Origin: Eledone cirrhosa
Lineage: Eukaryota
Length of the DNA: 64,000 bases
Direction: 5' to 3'
Assembly: GCA_964016885.1 (NCBI GenBank)
Contig: OZ024747.1
Location: 88,474,001 to 88,538,000, forward strand
Position 1 is the first letter of the stretch. Every line of letters starts with the position of its first letter. Positions 45,801-59,744 of this stretch are shown in pieces. The position numbers and the translations under genes were made by a program. The notes beneath the pieces are model-generated. The model did no database searches. It was not told where the DNA came from and worked only from the letters and a program-made list of their open reading frames with translations.

Positions 45801-46700
45801 GTGTGGAGAGGAACGTACATGTATATAAGGTGCATCAAGGGGGTTAGGGAGGTGAGATCACCAAAGTAGTTAAAATACTCAAATGTGGCAAGGATGAGGA
45901 TGAAATCGGAGCGAGATGTTAAAAGCCTTAAAAAGAAATATTTCAAGTTTCTCCACTCTACCAATCTGGCAAAAATAAGTTCTACCTGTAATACAAGGGA
46001 AACACCTAGTCACATAATTTGTCACGCTGGATCACTCGGAAAACTACGTAAGGGTACACGTGTTTGTGGAATTCTCTAACATTTGTCCGTTAATTTCACG
46101 AACAAACTCTCTTGTTGATTCAATCAACTGGAGCATTCATCGTCGGAAACGACGGAGGTTCAACAATGTAGACAGACTACCACCCTCACGAACGACCATA
46201 AATAAAATATGTCGACAAAAATAATTATAGAAACAGCGCATATTAGACGTTCCCTAAAAATAATTATATGTAAATAAAGAGATCATAAGTTGAAATGAAA
46301 AAGTAACAAATATTCCATTATATTGATATAGTTTTACTACTCAAATTTTCATTTATGTTATATTTTATAAGCATATCTGATACCAAGCATCTAATACAAA
46401 GAAATCGTATGATTTTATATATACGTTAATTTATACGTAACTATAAACACGTAACTATTGACAAACATTACACCATATTACACATAAAAATATATGTAAT
46501 TATGTGTTCGGCTATATAAATGTTTTACATAAATAGTGAGGGGCGTAACACACACACACACACACAATGTATATATATATTCTTATGTTTGTGTCTTCCA
46601 TGGTTTCACTCAGGTTTTTTTTATTATACATATGTATATATATTTGAATGAATATTTTATATAGAAAAATAATGTTTCAAACAAGTGTACACATAAACAA

Positions 46701-46748
<48 letters not shown>

Positions 46749-46874
46749 CATATTTCATAGTTTAAACTCAGTATCTTATGCTTCAAATCAAATATTTATT
46801 CAATTTTGAACATATTCGCAAAGAAGCTGGGTCCCCATCAAATCCTACCCTTAAAAAGAAGAAGGATAGGTTCA

Positions 46875-47052
46875 ATAATTGTTTGTACTTTAGGCACAAG
46901 GCCAGCAATTATCCAGTACATTACTGGTACTTTATTTTATCGACCCCGTAAGGATGAAAGGCAAAGTCAACCTCGGCGGGATTTGAACTCAGATCGTAAA
47001 GGGACGTAACTATGCTGGAAAGCATGGCGTCCGACCCTCCACCGATACTGCC
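46875..47052 (-). mobile_element. SINE family B, near full length
   Basis: Match to 27035-27215. Confidence 0.8.
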
Positions 47053-47199
47053 TTCAATAATGTAGTCCTATGTACCTAGTAAAAATAATGCTAACCCTTT
47101 CAATGCTTTTGAACATATGTCTACTCGAACAGTACCATCTAGAGAATGTTTTAACACACTTAAGAAAGAGAATGGGAAATGTTTACTGAGTTCACAGAT

Positions 47200-47900
47200 T
47201 ACTTTAACAAGAGGCGAGATGCGATGATATACGTTTGGGTTGGAGCTAAATAACATTCCTTACATATTAACTTTGAAACATTTTCTCAATAAATATGCTA
47301 AATAGTGAACCATGTTATATAAATCAGATTTCGAAACGAAGCACATAAGGAGAGAGCCGTGATTACATACTGAATTACAAACTTCAAATCATGGTAAACT
47401 GGCACAATACAATATATTCAGACCGGCCAAAATTGTATGGCTTGCTAGATGAAATTTCAGAAGCTCAACACAGACTACTTTGGCTATGTGTAGAGTTACC
47501 ACTAAACATGCATTGATTTTTAACATTTCAACCACACATGATTTGATGATAAAATTATCTGGTAAATTAGCTAAATATAATATGACACCTCAAAATATAA
47601 TACATCATATCATACCTCAAAGACATTGCGGTGTTATTTTGAGGAAATCAATATTATGTTAATATGGCTTCCAAATTTGCCAGGTTTAAATTTCATAGAA
47701 GACATTTGCAATAAAATTTTAACAGCTTAAATGAAATCAGTAAATAAACGATGTAGAAAATAGATCAACTAAAATATGAAATGTTCTGTTTTAAGATCCA
47801 ATTTATCACACGAAGGAAAAGGGTAATTAAAGTAAAGGATTCACATCGATTGTTATAGACGTTTATATTTGAGTTTATTCCTTTAAAACCATCTCGTTTT
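47200..47900 (+). pseudogene. Decayed Tc1-like transposase
   Basis: About 47656-47710 MLIWLPNLPGLNFIEDIC (cf. WPxNSPDLNPIE); near 47810 RRKRVIKVKD. Confidence 0.5.
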
Positions 47901-48082
47901 CTTTTCTATATACAGTTACGGTAGTAGAATAATTAGGTAAAGACGTTTACATGATTGCAACGTTAGGATGTTCACTTTGTGCTGCGTGGTTCTGGGTTCA
48001 ATTTCCAAACGTCGTACGCGTGACACAATTTCCTGCCACTAAATTGGAGGATTTGTTAGAAACAATGCACAAAGCCATTGGA

Positions 48083-48129
<47 letters not shown>

Positions 48130-48130
<1 letters not shown>

Positions 48131-48312
48131 TTCGTTGGTTCACCACTGGATATAACTGGTCATTCCGTATAGTCAACCTTGATGTAATATTAGGGAGAGC
48201 ACTCGACGTAATGCAACTCACCCATCTTCGTTTGTGTTGTTGGTGGTGCGAGTACAGAGTGACAGGGGGCTGGACTGGGGAAATTTCACCAGTCCAGCTC
48301 CCTGTCATTTTA
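48130..48312 (-). mobile_element. Short palindrome plus tail between TA tracts (Penelope-like end)
   Basis: 48-bp near-perfect palindrome 48260-48307; tail shares CGTCGAGTGCTC with the tail at about 11889. Confidence 0.5.
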
Positions 48313-48515
48313 TAATATATATATATGAGAAAAATCACAAACCCCCCATCTCAATTCTACATTTTGAAAAGCATAACAACTGCGAAACCGGTAAAGGAAC
48401 CAAATAAATATTTTTAAAAAGACTCCAGTTGCATTTTCGATTTCATCTTTTTTCCTTATACTTTCACTCGTGTAGGACATCTCGTTTTATTTTTCATTTT
48501 CGAAAAAAAACCTCG

Positions 48516-48581
<66 letters not shown>

Positions 48582-50083
48582 GACAGGGGGGAAGAAAAAA
48601 TGGCTTCACTTGTGCTTTCAACAAACTTATTTTCTTCACAAAATCCAAAAAGAATTTTTCTTAAAAAAAATTATTTTATAAATTAAGTTGTTGGTTGTTG
48701 GTTAGGTCTTAGGAGTTCTTGGTTAACGTAGGAGGTATTGTTTCGTTTTTAGAAAGACCTTTCACGCTGAGGTGCGCTTGTCAAACTGATGTGTATGTGG
48801 TGTGTTATTCTATATATAGGGATTAACATGTCTGTGGTGTGCTAGGGGTTTCTTTTCTTCCCCTTTAATAAGTGCATGGGTGTAGGTGTGTTGAAAAAGT
48901 GTTCATAGCAGTAATGAGTTGTGACGGTGAGTAGGGTTGAGTGGGGAGAAACTTAGCAAGTGCGGCCTGCCCCGGTCATTCTCGAAAAATTCCTTTATTC
49001 AGGGGAAAAAGCTTTTAGCATCGCTTTTGTGTTGAGAATGGTCACAGGCAAATCGCACCTGTCAAGCTTGTGAATAATTATTTTTTTGTTTTTTTCTTTT
49101 TTTCCTGAAGAATTTTTCTACGTCCATCCCAAAGTTAGTCCTTTGTTCAACACACACATATATATGTGTGCATATATGTACATACACACACGGGCATATG
49201 TAGGAATATATAGGCACACACCATCAATCACACACCCCTGTACAAATACATACACAAAAACATATAGAGACACATATAAAAACACACATACACATACGTA
49301 CACACACGAATATGTACACATACCTCCACATGGGTATATATATATATATATACACATATATACACACATACATACACATATACATACATACATGTCTCTA
49401 TATGTTTTTGTGTATGTATTTGTACAGGGGTGTGTGATTGATGGTGTGTGCCTATATATTCCTACATATGCCCGTGTGTGTATGTACATATATGCACACA
49501 TATATATGTGTGTGTTGAACAAAGGACTAACTTTGGGATGGACGTAGAAAAATTCTTCAGGAAAAAAAGAAAAAAAGAAAAAAATAATTATTCACAAGCT
49601 TGACAGGTGCGATTTGCCTGTGACCATTCTCAACACAAAAGCGATGCTAAAAGCTTTTTCCCCTGAATAAAGGAATTTTTCGAGAATGAACGGGGCAGGC
49701 CGCACTTGCTAAGTTTCTCCCCACCCAACCCTACTCACCGTCTCAACTCATTACTGCTATGAACACTTTTTCAACACACCTACACCCATGCACTTATTAA
49801 AGGGGAGAAAAGAAACCCCTACCACACCACAGACATGTTAAATCCCTATATATAGAATAACACACCACATACACATCAGTTTGACAAGCGCACCTCAGCG
49901 TGAAAGGTCTTTCTAAAAACGAAACAATACCTCCTACGTTAACCAAGAACTCCTAAGACCTAACCAACAACCAACAACTTAATTTATAAAATAATTTTTT
50001 TTAAGAAAAATTCTTTTTGGATTTTGTGAAGAAAATAAATTTGTTGAAAGCACAAGTGAAGCCATTTTTTCTTACCCCCTGTC
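48582..50083. mobile_element. Non-coding foldback element with 691-bp inverted arms
   Basis: Arms 48582-49272 / 49393-50083 nearly identical, 120-bp microsatellite-like spacer, TTAA on both sides. Confidence 0.88.
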
Positions 50084-50154
50084 TTAATATACCTAACTGT
50101 ACCAAGGATTACACACATTTTCCAATATATATATATATATACACATACACACAC

Positions 50155-50820
50155 CTCACACTTCGTTTATGTATTACCTTTGCAAGATTTCTATTAACAT
50201 CTCCCAGTGCCCTTATAATCACAAGTATAAATCTGAAAATATAGTCAGGGTGGAGTATCTGCAGATTCCTCATTAGTTCTGCATAGATATTCTCCTTTTC
50301 GCTAATCGTTAACTCCCACTACTGTGCATGTCTTCTTTTCCCTGTTCCATATCCTTATATCTGGTCTGTTATGCTTGCATTTTATTGGGATTTTGACTGG
50401 AACATTCCACTAGTACTCTTTCATATTATGAATGTGTATGTCTTCCACATTACCGTAACCTTTGATATGTTTATTGTCGGGGCTATTTTTTCTACGGATT
50501 GCATTGTATAGTGTTTTGACCACTACATCATGCCTGAGCGGTAGATAGTACCGTGATGACATATTTGGACGGATGCTTATGACATGGGTGACATCTATGT
50601 TAATTCTTCAGAGTCTGCATTTGTTGTCACATCTAGGTGTTTTGCCTGCATCCCTATCTATTTTGTGAATCAGGTATTTTGTATTGATTTCCTGTTCTTG
50701 GGTTGCAAAACCATATCCTTCGAAGTGAGAGCCAATATAGCGGTTGCTGGTCCAAGATAGACTACTTTGCTTATCTATATTACTCTCACTCTGGAACTTC
50801 CTGGCAACATATCCTTGCAT
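50155..50820 (-). pseudogene. R4/Dong-like LINE fragment: zinc knuckle plus restriction-like endonuclease
   Basis: EGYGFATQEQEINTKY..CRL*..DVTHVIS..PLRHDVV..HNRPDIRIW..EKENIYAEL..HPDY.F.FILVII.ALG. Confidence 0.85.
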
Positions 50821-50823
50821 GAT

Positions 50824-50994
50824 ATTTTACATCAATGGATTCACTGCGGTATTGGTGTGAAATATTTATATATATATATATATATATATATTTCCCAGCA
50901 ATACCGCAGTGAATCCATTGATGTAAAATCGATTTGATATATATTTATCCTTATCGAGCCCTCTTTGGATTTTAGTCTTCAAAGTTATTATTAT

Positions 50995-50998
<4 letters not shown>
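50824..50998 (+). mobile_element. Inverted repeat around (TA)n plus tail shared with 55233-55300
   Basis: 31-bp perfect IR 50824-50854 / 50899-50929; tail TTATCGAGCCCTCTTTGGATTT. Confidence 0.55.
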
Positions 50999-51051
<53 letters not shown>

Positions 51052-51058
<7 letters not shown>

Positions 51059-51233
51059 ATTATTATGTAATAAACAACATAAGGCAATTATTCCATTTAC
51101 CAGTGGTTTTAAGAAACCACTGGTAAATGGAATAATTGCCTTATGTTGTTTATTACATAATAATAATAATAATTAAGCTCTGTTGCCTACATAGAGCACT
51201 CTTTCTTCCTGGACTTTTCCGATGGAATTACTT

Positions 51234-51237
<4 letters not shown>
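51052..51237 (+). mobile_element. Penelope-like terminus: 58-bp-arm palindrome plus tail
   Basis: Arms 51052-51109 / 51114-51171; hammerhead 3' half GAAACC-ACT-GGTA starts at the centre. Confidence 0.6.
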
Positions 51238-51311
<74 letters not shown>

Positions 51312-52827
51312 CGTGTGTGTGTGTGCATGTATGTGTGTGTATGTATGTATATATATAAATGTATATATGTATATATATGTATGTATATATATATGTATGT
51401 ATATATATATATGTATATATATATATGTATGTGTATATGTATGTGTGTATATATGTATGTGTGTATCTATGTATATATGTGTATATACATATATATGTAT
51501 GTATGTATATATATGTATATGTATGTATTAAGTATGTATGTGTGTATGTGTGTGTGTGCGCGTACGCGTGCGATCACGGACCTTACCTATAGTCTGAGCT
51601 AGGAAACGCATCCAAAATACAACACTGTACCACTCTTATAAACACCAGCATTGTGAAGATTTCAAAGAGCACTATACCTAATGGTTTTCAGCTAGTTCAA
51701 ATACCAATATCGTCCTAAATAATCCGCACTAACCCACAAATACATATATATCAACGATCAATTACAACAACTCTTCTCTAAACATACAATTCTGCTCAAC
51801 AGAATTCACCTGCTATTTATCATCGCGTCACACTGCCAAATCAATGAAAAAGGAAAAAAAAATAATAATGAATAAATAAATTACAATGAATAAGGTTCCA
51901 GCAAGAATCATAGCTTTCAGAATTTAATATCACAACCACAGACATTGATGAAATATACGCAAGGAAATCATTATAGATGGTTATAAAAATATATTCCACA
52001 GGGCAACGTGAAAGATATAAAGTCAATTACACAGCAGAAACGACAAGGCTCATAAAACCAGGAACAACAATCAAAATGAAACGTTGTTCAAACAACCGAA
52101 GAAGAAAATATTTTTAAAAACAGAAGTGAATCTTATCGTCAACGCCAACAAAAATGATCACACCACATAATATACTAACGCTAAAGCACGCACCATTAAA
52201 TTCTTTTCGAAAATCAGCTACTAAGAAAATAGAAATACAAAACTAGAAATTAATTTCTTCCACTAAAACTACGATGTTGATCTCTTCTTTCCATCTCATG
52301 TCCGAACAAGAATAGGGAAAACTAAAAACCCTAATGTCTCTGGGACAGAAGACATTACAAAAAAAATACCTAAAACAACTTGCATCTGAAAGATTCACTT
52401 CTAGACTTACTCATTCCAACACTTCCAACCCCCAAGATTCTCCAAGATGAGCAAAATTATAATTTTAAGAAACACACCTTCGAAAAAAGTAACATCATAA
52501 GAGTTCCAACATCTTCCTATACACACTCTGAACAAATCACAACCACTAATCACCCACAGAAAGCAAAATTATGTTACAAAAACACATGGACATGCAAATA
52601 GCACATTAATTGCCATAGCTGTTCTTGTCAGATTATGAACAACTTCCTCTGAATGCACAAACATTCAACAACGCAGACTACAAAATCTCAATTATCTCTC
52701 ACCTTCTTCCCACCAAAACAAAGCATAAGGAATACAGTCGCGTAGAAACAGATGGAATATCAATAGAGTTCCTGATTCAAAAGCCGCTAAACTCTGCCAG
52801 TTGCAGATTGCACATTAACATGTGATA

Positions 52828-53110
52828 TCTCTCTCTACAAAGTTCGATCACCAGCAGCAGAGTTCAAATTGCAAAGATCAAGTCTAGTCCATAAGTTGAC
52901 ATTGTCAAGCCATCGTTTTGGCTGTCGACCTCGGCTTCTCTTACCAGCCAACCTTCCTTCCAGGCATAACCTACTCACACCACGAGTTGATCTTTTTATA
53001 TGGCCGTATAGTTTGAATACTCTTGACTTGACAATTGATGTAATTGGTCTATGTTTGGTAACGTTGAACAGCTCACTGATACAGATACGGTCGCTGAGCC
53101 AGTCATATAA
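52828..53110 (-). mobile_element. RTE-clade LINE 3' fragment
   Basis: VKSRVFKLYGHIKR...LEGRLAGKRSRGRQPKRWLDNV...AAGDR. Confidence 0.8.
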
Positions 53111-53659
53111 CAATAATTGCCATGCTCTAATTGTGTCTATTTTACAGGTTGCCACTGTTGCCATCACAAACATTTACGAGCATACAGAAAGAGACTGAAC
53201 ATGTCTTGATTTTCAAACTACATCCCATCGCTGCATACCTAAGGGTACTATCGTCAACTAGGTGAAGAAATGATTTAGATGGCTCTGTTGGCCACCGCAT
53301 TATTTCATTTGCTTGTGTTATATTGAAATGTATGATCATGGTTCACTTAGTCTACAAAACAAAGACCAAAGCACCTATCAGTTGTTTCTACATCACCGCC
53401 CTTCTCAAGTCACGGGTACCCTACAAAACAACCAAGAGCTCTGCCTTTCCTCTTCTGACATGAGATCTGAAATCGTAAGATCTGAAATCATAAAAAGGCA
53501 TAGAATTCGAGGCCACTGTTCAGGGTCTATTAGCGAGAATTAATAAAACATGTGTCATTGTGGAACATAAATACGTTTTAATGCTGTAGATAGTTTACTG
53601 CTTTGAGGAATAGAGAAAGCCGAAGCTGTTCTTGATCTGGCTGTCTAAATCTAAAGTCT

Positions 53660-53927
53660 CTAAGCGAGAAGACTCGTTAGGTCAGTGCTTATCCCAGGTT
53701 CATGGCGTGAAGTGACAGAGTACAAGACTCGTCCTTGGATAAGACGCCGGTCCATCGCAGGATTAAACCCCTAGCTATTGTTGGTACTCATTTTCAGCTG
53801 AGTATACTGGAGCAACGTGAAATGAAGTGTTTTGCTCAAGAACACAACACGCAACCAAGCCCAGCAATCGAACACACGACATTATGATCGTAGGCCCAAC
53901 ACCCTTAACACTAGGCCACGTACCTCT
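53660..53927 (-). mobile_element. SINE family A, full length
   Basis: Reverse-complement match to 57733-58003. Confidence 0.85.
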
Positions 53928-54145
53928 ACAGAAATACCTTCGATGTAATGCTACTGACTTTCATTGTAAAAAGTGATGATAAAATGTTCTTTTAGAATAC
54001 TTGTCAGAAGAATTATCTTCAGAGCAAAACAGTAATAATTGCAAAGGAGAAGGAGCCGTCTCACTCTGAGTTGATCATATTGACTATCATATCCTTATAT
54101 TCACTAACCCAGACTATATCGCATTATTTCTTGAAGAATTCAAAG

Positions 54146-54332
54146 GGTTGGTGGATTGGCAGTATTGGTAGAGGGTCAGACGCCATGCTTTCCAACATAG
54201 AGTTACGGCCCTTGCTATTCTGAGTTCAAATTCTGCCGAGGTTAACTTTGCCTTTCATCCTTACGCGGTCGATGAAATAAAGTACCAGTAATGCACTGGG
54301 TAATTGCTGGCCTTGTGCCAAAAGTAGTAACA
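54146..54332 (+). mobile_element. SINE family B, full length
   Basis: A-box-like TGGCAGTATTGG, B box GAGTTCAAATTC, Meta-like core. Confidence 0.85.
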
Positions 54333-55232
54333 CTTATTTCTTGAGGAATATAAACCTAAATACATAAACAAGTCTTTCTAAGTCTTTCTAGAAGTGAGAA
54401 GTTGGAATAGTGCCATCAAAGCAACGAGAAAACCTCATATTCGTTCTTTGGACCTACGAGAAATCTCTCAATTGGCACACTATTATCTTAAAACATATAA
54501 AAATACACATGTTTGTATTTCTTTAATTGTAAAGCTGCCGGTGAGCTATAATTGAGAAATAGTCACCTGTGACCATCTGTCTAGAACTGCATTATGTAAT
54601 GCCTGGTGCTTCCTCCTTTTTAAGACCGTGTATGTATGGGAATGGGATGAAATAAGGAAGATTTAGCATTTCAAGCGACTAGGTAAATGTTCCCACTTCG
54701 TTGATTCAAACAATGACAATATGGTTATTCAGAAAAAAAGAAGTGCACGTCTTAAGCTTGATGCTAATGTATAGAAAAAACTAAATATTAATCAATATTT
54801 TATTAGCTGACAACTCGTGCAACAACACCATGTTTCTCCATTTCTCAATCTCACACGAATGGCCTGGTTACAAAAAAGTTATTCACTCCATATGGCAACC
54901 GAACCTATTGAATTCTTTTATAAACCCACATTATTGTCAATCAGGAGTTACGTACGACGATATTCAGACAATGAAATGGATAATGATTAGAAGAACCTCA
55001 GTATGAAATTGATCTTATAAGCAGCTAACGAAGAGAGAGAAGGATTCTATCAATCTATATTATGATCATAGACTATCGTCACGCCAAGTATACTTATACC
55101 ATTCAGATTAAAATGTGAACATTCACCCATCCCATCATTCTCACTCTCGCTCACACACACACACACACACACACATACACACACATATATATATACATAT
55201 ATATATTAGGCATATATATATATATATATATA

Positions 55233-55579
55233 TAGTAATAATAATAAATTTGAAGATTAAAATCCAAAGAGGGCTCGATAAGGATAAATATATATCAAAT
55301 ATATAAGAACCGTAGAGCAAATATTTATTAAAATAACAGATTGGTTCTGTCTTTGCGCGTAATTGTTTTTCACCGCTCCTATTAATGACGTATTATTCGT
55401 TTTTTCCCGTTCTTTGCCAGCGAACGTTTCCACGAACCAAAGTATCGTCTTCCTGTCTTCCTCCGGTTGCAACGTTTTTTGAAATATCCAGTTCTGCGTT
55501 TACAGATTGACTTTGTTAGTTTCAGAAGATCCCGTTAAGGGTGAAAGCAGCGATTCTTTGCTTAAACTTTAATCTGTTA

Positions 55580-55588
<9 letters not shown>
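55233..55588 (-). mobile_element. Penelope-like end with 17-bp inverted cap, degenerate hammerhead and tail
   Basis: TATTAAAATAACAGATT / AATCTGTTATTTTAATA; GGAAGACGA..TCGTG-GAAACGTT on minus strand. Confidence 0.5.
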
Positions 55589-55629
<41 letters not shown>

Positions 55630-55674
55630 GAAAATAAACCAAAGAAGCCTTCAATACATCAAAAGTCTTTATTA

Positions 55675-55712
55675 GCCAACAATGTTTCGTCCTATTAAGG
55701 ACTCATCAGGGC
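55675..55712 (-). ncRNA. Type I hammerhead ribozyme, canonical core
   Basis: GCC-CTGATGA-GTCC-TTAATA-GGAC-GAAAC-ATT-GTT-GGC then TAATAAA; inside a TA-flanked insert at about 55628-55920. Confidence 0.85.
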
Positions 55713-55999
55713 AAGTAAAGCTATAAGAAACACTATCGGCCAATACAAGCCAAAAACTCAGAAGAATATGGAGTATACATACATTAAAGCATAGGAAAAT
55801 TATCAAGTAAAAATTGCTAAGGAAGTGAATAACATTTTGAACCCATATTACAAATATAGTACAATGCAAAAACTAAAGCTAAACACAAGCGGTGATATAA
55901 AGCGAGAATTACAGTACGATATATAATATAATATAATATAATTAATAATGATAATAATAATAATATTAAAAGGCCCAATATACATACATATATATATAC

Positions 56000-56047
<48 letters not shown>

Positions 56048-56229
56048 TTAAACATGTATTGATTTTTTTTCTAGAGGTAGCTATGCATGTAACATGGTCA
56101 CATATCTCCTGGGGGAGTCGCAGAGGCGCCGTATTGACTTACAGCGTTTCTAAGGCCTTGTTTTAACCTAGCGGATCCCATCTCTTCTCCATGTCTGAAT
56201 ACAACATATTTCTTCCAAATAAGGATAGG

Positions 56230-56360
56230 GATAATAAAAACGAGAAAGAGATATACGACCTCGAAGAATGAAAGGCAAAGTTTACCGCAAACATTTGAAT
56301 TCAGAAAGCCGAAACAAATACCGCAAAACATTCTATCTAACGTTCTAACGATTCTGTTTA
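56230..56360 (-). mobile_element. SINE family B fragment
   Basis: CGACCTCGAAGAATGAAAGGCAAAGTT..TTTGAATTCAG. Confidence 0.6.
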
Positions 56361-57732
56361 ATTAGACGCCTAGGGGCAGCTATACCTAGTATTATATATA
56401 CTGGGGGAAATTATAATAAAAGTTGATTGGTGACGACTTTTGAGAAGAAGGAAATAGAATGGAATGAGGTAAGTGTAGACATAATAATCCAAATGAAATA
56501 CACGAATAACATCTATATAAATTGTCAGACGTTGAAATTTAGAATGCCAATAACAAGTATATATAGAATAATATCGTGACGATAACCGACTAAAACAGTT
56601 AAATCATGTTAAATTTATCTAATTTAAATGTATGTACATATAAGTGGAAATATTTTTTATCTAAATCAGTTGTTGATGTACATACAAATAAGTCTGAGGT
56701 CTGTGACTGGATAAAAATAATCTATAAATTGACCACTAAATTACGTAAAATAAAAAATCCTGGAAGATAATTTTATTCAATCTTCCAATGCAAAGAACTT
56801 TTATGAAATAAACAACTACATTTTCACATACATCCCTCAAATTCCATTACAAGAATTTACAAGAAAACCAACTATATGTTTAAGGAGATTAACCTCCAAC
56901 TATAAAAATATATACATCTAATTTAGATATTGTAGATCTGACTACACTAATCACCTAAACAACCTCAATTCGAAATAGAAATTCCCATGGCCAAATTTTA
57001 TCATACATCTTCCATTCGATTAATCAACCTTATATAAAGAGACAGAGAAGTAGTTAATAACCGTTTATTAGACAAAAATAGAACCAAGTTTAAAGTGTTG
57101 TCATAAACACCATTAGATAATAATACCTTATCAGTAACAGAATGAGTCAAATTAATCCCCAATAAAAGAATTATAATTTGTAAGTCGCCAAACATCTATT
57201 AATTCAGGGAACCTAATTTCGGAAAATCGATTATCGACGTGACTGAGTTCGATATTATATAACACGCAAATAAAGCGATTGTGAACTAGAACGATATCAT
57301 ATTCCTAAAACATTAAAACATTGATTGATGTACGTATGAATGATTATGACTCTGCGGAAATAGCAATGTTTTAAGGCTGGGCTTAATTCAAACCCAGTTT
57401 CCACATACTAAAGGAGGTCTTTATAGAAATAACATCCTCCTGTCTGAAAAATAGCAAACTACGAACAGGATTAGAAAAAAAAAGTTACTACCTTTTAAAA
57501 ATCTCGGATTACTGAAACCAACTCAACCGAAGCAAACTTTCTGGGCGTTATTTTGGACTTGCCGAACTCTCTGCACTATTTACAGAATCGTGGTTTTGTA
57601 CATATAATTTACTTCTGCCACCCAATACAAGCTATATATATTTTTATTGATAGGTATTGGCATGAAAGTAGATCAACTTATTCCCTATGATATTGATATT
57701 CTTCAATTTCTGAAGCTAACCTATTCATATGT

Positions 57733-58003
57733 GGAGGCGCGTGGCCTAGTGGTAAGGGTGTTGGACCTACGATCATAATGTCGTGGGTTCTATTCCCGGG
57801 TTGGGTTGCGTGTTGTGTTCTTGAGCAAAACACTTCATTTCACGTTGCTCCAGTATACTCAGCTGAAAATGAGTACCAGCAATAGCTGGAGGTTTAACCC
57901 TGCGATGGACTGGTGTCTTGTCCATGGAGGAGTCTTGTACTCTCAGTCGCTTCACGCCATGAAACTAGAATAAGCACCGGCCTAACGAGCCTTCAGGCTT
58001 AAG
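57733..58003 (+). mobile_element. SINE family A, full length
   Basis: A box TGGCCTAGTGG, B box GGTTCTATTCC, CORE-like TCTTGAGCAAAACACTT, CCTGCGATGGACTGG block. Confidence 0.88.
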
Positions 58004-59744
58004 AGAGTCCTGTCAATTCTCCCCGTCCAACAGCGAGATCTCCCACCCACTTTAGAATGGGGGGGGGATGTCATCTTTTGTGAAAATGGATATAGCTTTC
58101 ATCATGTAAAATCTCCCCATTTTGCCTCATTCCTCTCCGTTTTGGGGCACTTTTTGACATAGTACTCCTCGTTTGTCTTTTTAGAGGTTTGCAGGTCTGA
58201 CCTATTCATACGCCTGACAATGATTTTCCCACACATTCAATTACTTAGTAACGACCAATCTTATATGAATGAAAAGAAATTTAATTTTGTCACTCACACG
58301 CCAGTGTAGTCAATAACGAAAAAATACAGTCTATTCACCGCTTGATTCAAATCTAACATTACAGTGAACAAATATTTATTTATAATGAAGATTTATTCAT
58401 TGAATTACTTTATTTCGTAATTAAAAATAATTTAAAATACTCCGGAATCTGGATTTAATCTATTGAAATGCTAAGTAAAACTAGAAAGCATTTGACTGTT
58501 TAAGTAACAGTTGTTTGTACTGTTGTAATTTTAAATAAAAATAAAAATGGAAGCTTCCAGAACCTTTTTATTTTTATCAACTATAATAAATGTTCAATTT
58601 ATTTTATGCTAGATTCCTACATATTGTATTCAGAATCATTAAAAAAATATATTGATCAATTTTACATACATTTAAAAATAAAATGTTCATTGAAAAAATA
58701 TACTTATGCGATTAGCTAAATTAACCAATTATATGATGTGTAACTAAGCGTAATGGATTGTATTCATATATCGTCAATTAAAAAAAGAATAATATACATG
58801 TCCTATTATAACAGTCATGTATTGAGTATTCTTTTCTTTTCTTTTTTCATACAATACAAAAGTGACGTTGATTATGTTCAATTTTTATCAGTTTAAAATC
58901 GAACGAATAATACATGTCTATATATCAAAATTAACTGAACATAAATTCTAAATTTTCATTATGTGAATAGTTGTATACACAATTTTTCCATCTACGTTGT
59001 GTAAGTCCACATTCAAACATAAACACACAGACAATGCAAGGCAAACTATCGGTTATACTTGGGCTTTTTTAAGTACCATGCGTTGATAAAACAGTTTCCA
59101 GTTTCGTTCGTTTTTACTTCCTAATGCAATCATTTGATCAATTGTAAAACAAACTTGTAACTATCACTTTCCGGTTTGACATTATAGGAGATTTCAAGGG
59201 TAAACTAGTTTATTTCCATTTATCTGTACATTGAAAAAGAAAAACCTGTAATAAATGAATTAAACAATAAAATAATATACTATAAAATAAAAGGTAAGCC
59301 AAAGAGAGAATATGTTGAAAGAAAAAAGATAAAATATAATTTTTAGGTTAAAAAGTATACACACTTGTGACGCCAGTATATATTATATACACATACATAT
59401 ATAGACACACGTATACACAGAACCCCACTACACACACACACACGTACACACATAGAAATGTATACAAAAACACCCAACACACATATCCACACACATGTGT
59501 GTGGATATATATATATATGTGTGTGTGTCTGTGTCTGTATGTATATATATATATATTTATATATATAAGTATACGCACGCACACACTTACAAATATAGCT
59601 CAAGTTACTGTTTTATACTCTTATATGAAAATAAGGAATGAATCAGTGGATCACTTCGTGTAAAATTTGATATATGTTATATATCTATTCATTGTACCGC
59701 AGATGTTTCATCGGATCTCGGCTTATTCAAACTATTAGCTGTAA

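Noticed and set aside
51570-52825. A-rich stretch resembling a decayed LINE 5' region (similar case at 56700-57600)
   Set aside because: Too degraded to assign
57733-57805. tRNA gene
   Set aside because: A/B boxes belong to a SINE head and are followed by the SINE body
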